Virus record (IMG/VR): IMGVR_UViG_3300021368_002414
Span: 1-29,954 of that record
DNA from: a virus
Taxonomy: Duplodnaviria; Caudoviricetes
Strand: one strand, 5' to 3'
DNA length: 29,954 nt
Shown here piece by piece: positions 1-6,335 of this stretch. The position numbers and the translations under genes are program-made. The stretch's first letter is position 1. Each line of letters opens with the position of its first letter. The notes beneath the pieces were generated by a model, which saw only the letters and a program-made list of their open reading frames with translations, did not search any database and was not told where the DNA came from.

Positions 1-64
1 CAAACATAATGGGAGTATCCCTAGTCACCCAATTGATAGCCTCTTCAATTTGTTTGACATTCAT
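1..64 (-). CDS. 5' part of a hypothetical protein running off the left edge (MNVKQIEEAINWVTRDTPIMF...)
   Basis: Hand translation: the ATG at 64-62 overlaps the TGA stop (63-61) of the upstream gene in an ATGA arrangement, as elsewhere in this operon. The frame is open to position 1. Confidence 0.65.
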   Translation of the reverse strand, partial: MNVKQIEEAINWVTRDTPIMF

Positions 65-708
65 AACTGTACCCAATGATCTTTCTTGTTATCAAAAATA
101 TCTTCGTCATACACAGTTTGTGTAATGATATCAAATGCAATTGTAACACGAACATCATCACCGTCGTAGGTATCAGTGTAGTGCTCTAACCAATTAGGAA
201 ATAGATACACCTTTCCTTTTACATTTTTTGTATCAAATGTTTTTCTGGAATATGGATTTACATAGTAAGTATGAGTGTCATAATCATCTAGACAAATATG
301 TCCACCGAGATATGTGTAATTACTATTCCAGTGTTGATGTTGTTTAATTTTCTGTCCTTTTCTTAAAACATTTGCCCAACATTGTACATAGATTTTATCT
401 TCCCACATGTTTGGATCTAATGTTGTGATTAGATTATCATGTGAGTTTCTAATAATATCTTTAATATGATCTGCTTCTTCCCACTCCAATAAGTTATAGC
501 TACTTGATCTAGATGTCATGCTATCTTTACCTAGACCTGTATTCCAATCACTCTCATATGAATGAGCATTAATAATCTCTTCCTCTTTTGCAAGGATAGT
601 GTCTCTAATATCTTTTACATTTACTTCTCCTTCATACACATAGAACTTGTATACGGGAGCAAAAATAGTTTTCGGTTCTTCGTTTTCAAATTGAATTACT
701 TGACTCAT
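61..708 (-). CDS. putative 2OG-Fe(II) oxygenase, TIGR02466 / 2OG-FeII_Oxy_5-like
   Basis: Motifs QCWANVLRKG..HQH, LGGHICL, VYLFPNWLEHYT and RVTIAFDI fit the WAN...HxH...FPxWLxH...RxxIAF pattern of this phage-enriched family. Confidence 0.8.
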   Translation of the reverse strand: MSQVIQFENEEPKTIFAPVYKFYVYEGEVNVKDIRDTILAKEEEIINAHSYESDWNTGLGKDSMTSRSSSYNLLEWEEADHIKDIIRNSHDNLITTLDPNMWEDKIYVQCWANVLRKGQKIKQHQHWNSNYTYLGGHICLDDYDTHTYYVNPYSRKTFDTKNVKGKVYLFPNWLEHYTDTYDGDDVRVTIAFDIITQTVYDEDIFDNKKDHWVQL

Positions 709-710
709 GA

Positions 711-1316
711 TTACATATACAAAAATTGACTCATTGAATATCTTCCAAGTCCTGAAAGATTTTCCATAATAACAGGTGTCACTTCATGATATAAAATTGA
801 AGGAAATATTACCGTAGAATTATTTAGACATGGTATTTTGATTGCTTTTTCAATAATCAAATCACCACCAGTAAACATCTTTGGTTCTTTATAAAACCAA
901 GTAATAGCCGTGATTACACAATCATCTGTATGTGGTCTGTAGTGATCTCCATTTTCAAAATAATGGATTTTAGTTTCGTCTCTATTTGATCTCCACAGAT
1001 AACGAAAGAATGGATGCTTACTCATCAAATCATCCATCAAATTTTTATTAAATAATTTTCTATTGATACTTAGTATATCAGATTGATTAACATCATCATA
1101 CACAACATTTAGATGGAGACCTTTTCCTACCTTGAGTGCTACACCATCTTCATATGCAGTACCTGGTCCTCCCTTTTCTTCTGCACCTTTATATCTGTCA
1201 ATGCTATACAGATATTCTAGTTCATTCATTATTTTTTCTAACTCATCTGGTGAGTAAAAATTTTGAATGTGAGCAACAGGTAGATCAGCAACTTTAGTAA
1301 AAGTCAAATTTGACAT
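711..1316 (-). CDS. 2OG-Fe(II) oxygenase, prolyl-4-hydroxylase-like (2OG-FeII_Oxy_3)
   Basis: Motifs YRPHTD (HxD), FTGGDL, IFPSILYHEVTP and GRYSMSQF. Start moved from 1358 to the ATG at 1316 (MSNLTF), which has an AGGAG SD at 1328-1324 and reduces the overlap with the upstream ORF. Confidence 0.85.
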   Translation of the reverse strand: MSNLTFTKVADLPVAHIQNFYSPDELEKIMNELEYLYSIDRYKGAEEKGGPGTAYEDGVALKVGKGLHLNVVYDDVNQSDILSINRKLFNKNLMDDLMSKHPFFRYLWRSNRDETKIHYFENGDHYRPHTDDCVITAITWFYKEPKMFTGGDLIIEKAIKIPCLNNSTVIFPSILYHEVTPVIMENLSGLGRYSMSQFLYM

Positions 1317-1656
1317 TATCAATCTCCTGTATGTTTTTCCATCTGTATACAATAGCATCAGAAAAATACATCACCTTTGGAATTAATTCAAAACCTACTT
1401 CTTTGTTTTCTACATCCAGAGCATACAGATGTAAATCTCCAGTATCTAAACAAACTACAGATGTAAATTTTCCATTAGATGATATCTTATTATCAGATAT
1501 TTTTTCTATACAGTCAACCTCTCCTACAATACCAAACTCCTCACACAATACTTTTTTAATTCCATACTCTATGCTTCTGGTATCAGGTATGTTTTGTACA
1601 TCAATGTATTCAGGAAACTTATAACTGTTCCTAATATTCAACAGTTGACTTGCCAT
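1294..1656 (-). CDS. hypothetical protein, possibly a degenerate metal-ligand-less double-stranded beta-helix (DSBH) oxygenase fold
   Basis: 120-aa ORF coupled by a TAATG overlap to the upstream gene. The strand pattern FTSVVCL..GDLHLY..PKVMYFSDAIVYRW..VKFDF loosely echoes its neighbours, but there is no HxD/H triad. Confidence 0.6.
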   Translation of the reverse strand: MASQLLNIRNSYKFPEYIDVQNIPDTRSIEYGIKKVLCEEFGIVGEVDCIEKISDNKISSNGKFTSVVCLDTGDLHLYALDVENKEVGFELIPKVMYFSDAIVYRWKNIQEIDNVKFDFY

Positions 1657-2135
1657 TAGAAATAATTAAAATTAATGTTGGCTCTGTACTGTTGATCTGT
1701 ACATGTAGTGCTGTGATGCATTTTAGTAGCATCAAACCTTAGCAAACGATTTGCAATAGATTCTACTTTCTCATCACCGATAACTGTATATCCATCATTA
1801 GTATTCAGATAAAGAATTGCTGCCTTATGTTCAAAATCATAATCGTAATGGTCGTGATAATGATATAGAGTCTCTGTTCTAGGATACAAATTTACCTTAA
1901 CACGTAACAATGCTTTTGCATTAAACATGAATAAAATAGGAACAATGCATTGATCAAAGTGATTACTATTTGCTCTATGATCATGATGCATAAGGTGAGT
2001 AAAGTATGGATGCTTTTCTACTCCATGACCAGAGACATCAGTATTCATAAACCAAGGTGTATTCTGAGAAAGCAGAATAGTATTTTGAACAATATTGAAT
2101 AGATCAGGTGCTAAGTAATTGTCAATAATTTCCAT
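1656..2135 (-). CDS. 2OG-Fe(II) oxygenase-like protein (cyanophage family sometimes misannotated as DNA endonuclease V)
   Basis: Motifs RVKVNL, DHYD (HxD), AILYLNTNDGYT, ESIANRLLRFD..HHST and RANINFNYF are typical of the short cyanophage DSBH oxygenase family. Confidence 0.8.
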   Translation of the reverse strand: MEIIDNYLAPDLFNIVQNTILLSQNTPWFMNTDVSGHGVEKHPYFTHLMHHDHRANSNHFDQCIVPILFMFNAKALLRVKVNLYPRTETLYHYHDHYDYDFEHKAAILYLNTNDGYTVIGDEKVESIANRLLRFDATKMHHSTTCTDQQYRANINFNYF

Positions 2136-2136
2136 T

Positions 2137-2658
2137 TTAAATCTCCAAAAAATCGTTGTTTAAAGGCATTGTGGTATCTAATCCATACCACATAGAAAGA
2201 GTGTATCTATCTCTTTTAATTACATTTGATACACCGTGACGAAATTCCATTCCATCAAAGTAAACTGTTCTTCCAGAAAGAGGTTGAACATCTACTCCTT
2301 CAATAACAGTATGACCACCAATGTAGTTGTCATTCAAATATGTTATTGAAGCTCCTGTTGTGGTTTTCCTTGTTCTATCTTTATGAAATACTTTACAAGC
2401 ACCACATGGATACTTTACTATTTCAACATTCTGTAGAACAGAAAACTCTTTGTCAGTTACCTTACTCTTTACATCTTTAGCAAGGCTAAGAATTTCATAG
2501 TATGTTTCTGGTAAATTGTATTTACCAATTCCTCCTTTGTCCATACTAAGAACTCTGGTCTCATCCCATGTATATGTTTTTAGGATATTGTCTTTAAAAA
2601 AATTAATTATCCTTTCTACAAAATCATCACTTAGATCAATGTGTGAAATATGAATCAT
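2137..2658 (-). CDS. 2OG-Fe(II) oxygenase, prolyl-4-hydroxylase-like
   Basis: Motifs VKYP..FHKD (HxD), ITYLNDNYIGGHT, FRHGV and RYTLSMWY. Start moved from 2682 to the ATG at 2658 (ATGA overlap with the upstream stop; GGAG at 2672-2669). Confidence 0.85.
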   Translation of the reverse strand: MIHISHIDLSDDFVERIINFFKDNILKTYTWDETRVLSMDKGGIGKYNLPETYYEILSLAKDVKSKVTDKEFSVLQNVEIVKYPCGACKVFHKDRTRKTTTGASITYLNDNYIGGHTVIEGVDVQPLSGRTVYFDGMEFRHGVSNVIKRDRYTLSMWYGLDTTMPLNNDFLEI

Positions 2659-3266
2659 TTGAATGGTGCTCCAATGCTCCAACTAACAAGAGAGTATCTA
2701 GTTCCTTCTGTAACTTCACGAACTCTATGATATACAAATGCAGGAAACACTACTAGTGTCCCTCTAGTTGATAGTTCTTCAGCAACCTTAGTTTCTGTTC
2801 TATTGAAATGAAACTCAAGTTCTCCACCTTTAAACTCAGATGGATCATTTAGTAATAATGTTGTAGAAAGTTTTCTATACTTTCCTCTCATATTTACGTT
2901 AGTGTCATCTGCTGGATAAACATAATGATGTTGATCTGGATGCCAATCATAGAACTGACCAACATCATATTTTGTGAACTGCAACATCTCTGTCCAATCC
3001 CACTGAAAATTCCATCCTGCACCTACATTAGCAGCATCAATATATTTTTTTAGAATATTATAAATCCAAGGTTGATCTATCCATGAGATGTGAGAGTTCC
3101 TTGTCTTAAATAAATTCTCTTTCTCCTCGTCTTTTACTACTCCTGTATTTTCTCTATTAATGTCACCAAGTTCAAAATTCTCTTGCATACCCATCTTGAT
3201 GATGCGGTCGCATTGTTCTGGAGTAAAGGCATTCTGAAAATACCAATAGTTATAATTAAGATTCAT
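2655..3266 (-). CDS. 2OG-Fe(II) oxygenase, PKHD/P4H-type
   Basis: Motifs QFTKY..FYDWHPD (HxD), RKLS, FKGGELEF, VFPAFVYHRV and TRYSLVSW. TGATG overlap with the upstream gene. Confidence 0.9.
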   Translation of the reverse strand: MNLNYNYWYFQNAFTPEQCDRIIKMGMQENFELGDINRENTGVVKDEEKENLFKTRNSHISWIDQPWIYNILKKYIDAANVGAGWNFQWDWTEMLQFTKYDVGQFYDWHPDQHHYVYPADDTNVNMRGKYRKLSTTLLLNDPSEFKGGELEFHFNRTETKVAEELSTRGTLVVFPAFVYHRVREVTEGTRYSLVSWSIGAPFK

Positions 3267-3883
3267 CAGGCTCCATTATATTGAGTATAGTCAAAGTTAG
3301 GGATCTTATAAGTATACCATCCCGTTGTAATATATTTAGTTTCGGTCTTGGAAGGCACACCACGATGAACATGAGTCCAGTCTACTGGCCACATGACTGT
3401 CAATCCTTTCCTTGGTTGTATTTTAATCTGTTGATGAAACCACTCTGTTTCTCCACCATCAGTTACTGTGTTTAGATATGTCATGAATACAAGATGTCTC
3501 GTTGCAACTAGATCAGACATAGTAGATCTCTCCGTGTGCCACCCAAAGAAAGCTTCGCTAGGATTATATTTCTGGATATTGAAATTAGTATTCAATCCCC
3601 AAATATCTTGATTGGTAGAACACCATGGATATTTAAGAATATATTGATCACATACAGTATTCAACTCTTTGAGATAATCTTGTATTCTACTATCAATATT
3701 TCTAGGAACAACTGTAACATCAGTTGATATTTTAAAATCTGGATTTACACCTTGACCAATAGCGCCAGGTTTTTTCTTATCTGATTCTTCAAAGAAAGAA
3801 ATTAATCCATCACAAACTTCTTCACTGATGTACCATCCAGCAATGAAGTTAGGTGATTGTTGTGGAACACTAAACTCATTCAT
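3266..3883 (-). CDS. 2OG-Fe(II) oxygenase, cyanophage HxE subtype
   Basis: Motifs NIQKY..WHTE (HxE), FMTYLN..GGETEW, WPVDWTHVHRG and KYITTGW. ATGA overlap with the upstream gene. Confidence 0.88.
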   Translation of the reverse strand: MNEFSVPQQSPNFIAGWYISEEVCDGLISFFEESDKKKPGAIGQGVNPDFKISTDVTVVPRNIDSRIQDYLKELNTVCDQYILKYPWCSTNQDIWGLNTNFNIQKYNPSEAFFGWHTERSTMSDLVATRHLVFMTYLNTVTDGGETEWFHQQIKIQPRKGLTVMWPVDWTHVHRGVPSKTETKYITTGWYTYKIPNFDYTQYNGA

Positions 3884-4443
3884 AATGACATGTTAAATGA
3901 AATAGCAATCTTTTCTTCGCAGTCTTGCTTCTCTGTACCGTGCATTATATCACTTGTAAACAATAAAAGCGAGCCAGGTAAACATGAGTATTCACAATGT
4001 TGATGGTTTCTTTCATTCCACTCATCTGGATCAGGAAGCATCGTAGGAGTATTAAAAAATTTTATCTTTTCATGAATACCACATTTCACATAGTAAACTC
4101 CTGCTATCACAGATCCACCATGGTTGTGTGGAAAAAGATAGTCGCCAGGATAACTAATGTTTGCCCAACAATTTTGAATATGTAATGACTCTCTCTTCTT
4201 ATAACCTAGAGCATCTAGATATAAATTTGCATGTTTATAAAATTCATCTACAAGACCATCTAGTTCTGCTACATCAAAAATATTTTTCTCTAGTCTATGT
4301 GTAGAATCTACATTCTTTAATCTTTCGCGACAAGTTCCAATACTAGAAAAGGCACCTTTGATTTGTTCCTCATAGGTGCCTAGTTTGTTATTTAAAATAT
4401 TTGGTTGAAAATAAATCGCTTTTGGAAACCATAATGAAATCAT
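3880..4443 (-). CDS. putative 2OG-Fe(II) oxygenase, TIGR02466 / 2OG-FeII_Oxy_5-like
   Basis: Motifs CWANIS..PHNHGGSVIAGVYY, LLLFTSDIMHGT and KIAISFN. Confidence 0.85.
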   Translation of the reverse strand: MISLWFPKAIYFQPNILNNKLGTYEEQIKGAFSSIGTCRERLKNVDSTHRLEKNIFDVAELDGLVDEFYKHANLYLDALGYKKRESLHIQNCWANISYPGDYLFPHNHGGSVIAGVYYVKCGIHEKIKFFNTPTMLPDPDEWNERNHQHCEYSCLPGSLLLFTSDIMHGTEKQDCEEKIAISFNMSL

Positions 4444-4451
4444 AATGTTAT

Positions 4452-5042
4452 TTAAAAATACTGTTTAACCCACATATGTTGTTGGTTGTCGTACACGTAG
4501 TTCACACGTTGTTCTTCAAAAGCTAGGACTTGTTGATACGTTTTCTTCTCTTCGTCCCAGATCCAACCCTTAGGATTTCTTTGTGCATTTACAGTATACT
4601 CAGATTCATCTTTATATGCAAGTTCTATTCCTTTATTGTCAGTAGTTTGGTTAGCTTGATATGGACACTCCCAGTGACATGCCTCTTCATCTAAGATAAC
4701 GTGAGTTGCATTATGTCTTGGTGGAATAAAAGCATCTCTTTCATAATCATACTTACCACCAACGGCAGCATAATTTTTTCTCATACAAGGTTTTTCATCA
4801 AACACAGGTTCAACGTAATCACCATGACTAGTTGGTTCAGGTTGAAATCTATGATGTCCTTTACATGCATTATATGAGGTTTGTCTCCAATCCCATTGAG
4901 GTGCTCCACCAAATAGTTCAGAGAGGAAATCAATTCCTTTCTGTTCTACTTCTTTACCTTCTTCATCTTGGAGAACTGCATCGTCCACGACGATAACGTC
5001 TACAACAGTTCCTACTCTATCTATTTTTGCGAAATGTGCCAT
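4452..5042 (-). CDS. conserved phage protein ('MAHFA...RKNYA...YD..RDAFIPP' family), likely partner or chaperone of the Gly-rich fibre protein
   Basis: The motifs MAHFAKID..VVDVIVV, WRQTSYN, RKNYAAVGGKYDYERDAFIPP and LDEEACHWECP are recognisable from proteins that follow Gly-rich tail genes in aquatic phages. Start set at the ATG at 5042, just past the upstream stop at 5047. The function is inferred. Confidence 0.7.
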   Translation of the reverse strand: MAHFAKIDRVGTVVDVIVVDDAVLQDEEGKEVEQKGIDFLSELFGGAPQWDWRQTSYNACKGHHRFQPEPTSHGDYVEPVFDEKPCMRKNYAAVGGKYDYERDAFIPPRHNATHVILDEEACHWECPYQANQTTDNKGIELAYKDESEYTVNAQRNPKGWIWDEEKKTYQQVLAFEEQRVNYVYDNQQHMWVKQYF

Positions 5043-5046
5043 GATT

Positions 5047-6099
5047 TTACTGGAATTTATACTTGACAATTACGATACCGCCACCACCATTGCCACCTTT
5101 GGGCTCTGGATAGTTACGAGGATCTTGGTCAGCAGCACCACCGCCACCTCCTCCAAGACCACCTGTGCCAGGATTTCCGTTAGCAGTAGGAGATAGAGCA
5201 CCTACTCCACCACCACCAGATCCACCGTTAGGGTTATGAGGACCGCCAGGATAGTTTGCACCACCACCGCCTCCTCCATATGTAACAGGAGCTCCAGAGA
5301 TTGCTGTGGTATATCCGTTGCCACCTCTTGCAGGTCCTGAGTTAGGTCTATTATAACCATTCTGTCCTGCTTCACTAGCACCGCCACCACCACCAGAAGT
5401 ACCATTCTGTTGGTTAGCACCATAGCCGCCAGGATATCCTTGACCAGATGTTCCTGATCCACCAGGTCCTTCACCTGCTCCGTCAGTACCATTACCGCCA
5501 CCAGAACCACCTGATTGACCAGGTTTATCCTGTTGACCACCTCCACCGCCACCAATAGCAGTTTGTGTTCCTAGTGAACTATTTCCACCAGGTGATCCAG
5601 CAGAGTTACCAGTTCCTCCATTTCCTCCACCACCAACAGAGATTGAGTATGAACCAGCAGATACAGCGTAATTGAAACCATCAGTTTTTAAAACACCACC
5701 AGCTCCACCGCCTCCGCCAGAACCAAAGTTGTTAAAGTCTCCCGAAGCAAATCCACCGCCACCGCCACCGCCTGCGACGATAAGGTAATCAACTGTGTTA
5801 CCAAAAGGTTGAGTTGAATCTCCAACCTCTGTTACAACAAAAGCTGATGCACTGTTGAAAGTATGAACACGGAAGTCACCATCGTTTTGAATTGCTCCTC
5901 CAGATGCTACAATAAATCCACCACCTGCACCAACAGCAGCTTTCCATTCTGTTCCATCATACACTTCAACACCACCCTCTTCAGAGTTGTAAATCATCAT
6001 ACCAGCACTGGCAGATAATGCATTTCTCTGAGAGTTAGTATATGATGGTAGTTGAAGTGTCCCTGTAATATTAAGGGTTCCAGCATTTAATGTAGACAT
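5047..6099 (-). CDS. glycine-rich tail-fibre tip / adhesin-like protein (polyglycine-II bundle type)
   Basis: Short N-terminal fibre module, then VHTF..VDYLIVAGGGGGG..GGGGGAGG..YSISVGGGG..TAIGGGGGG..TYGGGGGGA..GGNGGGGIVIVKY. This is the typical phage glycine-rich domain, analogous to the PGII sandwich of T-even gp38 adhesins. Confidence 0.8.
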   Translation of the reverse strand: MSTLNAGTLNITGTLQLPSYTNSQRNALSASAGMMIYNSEEGGVEVYDGTEWKAAVGAGGGFIVASGGAIQNDGDFRVHTFNSASAFVVTEVGDSTQPFGNTVDYLIVAGGGGGGGFASGDFNNFGSGGGGGAGGVLKTDGFNYAVSAGSYSISVGGGGNGGTGNSAGSPGGNSSLGTQTAIGGGGGGQQDKPGQSGGSGGGNGTDGAGEGPGGSGTSGQGYPGGYGANQQNGTSGGGGGASEAGQNGYNRPNSGPARGGNGYTTAISGAPVTYGGGGGGANYPGGPHNPNGGSGGGGVGALSPTANGNPGTGGLGGGGGGAADQDPRNYPEPKGGNGGGGIVIVKYKFQ

Positions 6100-6105
6100 A
6101 GTTTT

Positions 6106-6303
6106 TTATTGTCTCTGTGTTTCTTGCCAAATAAGTTCGCCATCATTATTAGGAGCATAAACATAAATTCTCTTTGCGTCTGGCTCCCAGCAGATTGCTC
6201 CTTCTTCTGCTCTTGGCATTCCATCCCTAGGATGAATAGGAAGGTCTACTGAAACACTTGGGTTGGCACGCCCAACTGTTAGTTTTGCAGGAATAAAAGG
6301 CAT
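6106..6303 (-). CDS. small fibre-associated hypothetical protein (65 aa)
   Basis: AGGAGA SD at 6317-6312 and a late promoter just upstream. Contains an LP...G.I.W.....IYVY......W module like the N-terminus of the 350-aa protein. Confidence 0.7.
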   Translation of the reverse strand: MPFIPAKLTVGRANPSVSVDLPIHPRDGMPRAEEGAICWEPDAKRIYVYAPNNDGELIWQETQRQ

Positions 6304-6313
6304 AGCATAAGTC

Positions 6314-6335
6314 TCCTATAGTGTTATTTATAGGA
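6314..6335 (-). promoter_or_regulatory. SD-masking RNA hairpin UCCUAUA-AAUAACAC-UAUAGGA
   Basis: Perfect 7-bp inverted repeat (6314-6320 / 6329-6335) with an 8-nt loop. The 3' arm contains AGGA of the SD. Confidence 0.6.
6325..6332 (-). promoter_or_regulatory. T4-type late promoter TATAAATA
   Basis: Plus strand tatttata at 6325-6332 reads TATAAATA on the minus strand, the exact T4 gp55 late consensus. It overlaps the fibre stop codon and lies 21 nt upstream of the next ATG. Confidence 0.8.

Noticed and set aside
1656-2135. Label 'DNA endonuclease V' often attached to this family
   Set aside because: The sequence shows HxD...H...R DSBH oxygenase motifs and no resemblance to the helical T4 DenV glycosylase.
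821-4455. Further late-box-like words (CTAAATA at 821-827 and 3333-3339; TTAAATA at 4449-4455)
   Set aside because: Two are inside coding sequence and one deviates from consensus, and such AT-rich 7-mers are expected by chance. The 4449 site just before the first oxygenase cannot be excluded without TSS data.
5070-5780. ccacca/ccgcca short tandem runs resembling a microsatellite or CRISPR-like array
   Set aside because: These are polyglycine codons. There is no fixed-length repeat-spacer structure.
6106-6303. The 65-aa ORF as a RiPP precursor for the oxygenase cluster
   Set aside because: It matches a fibre structural module. It has no leader/core organisation, and no protease or transporter is present in the window.
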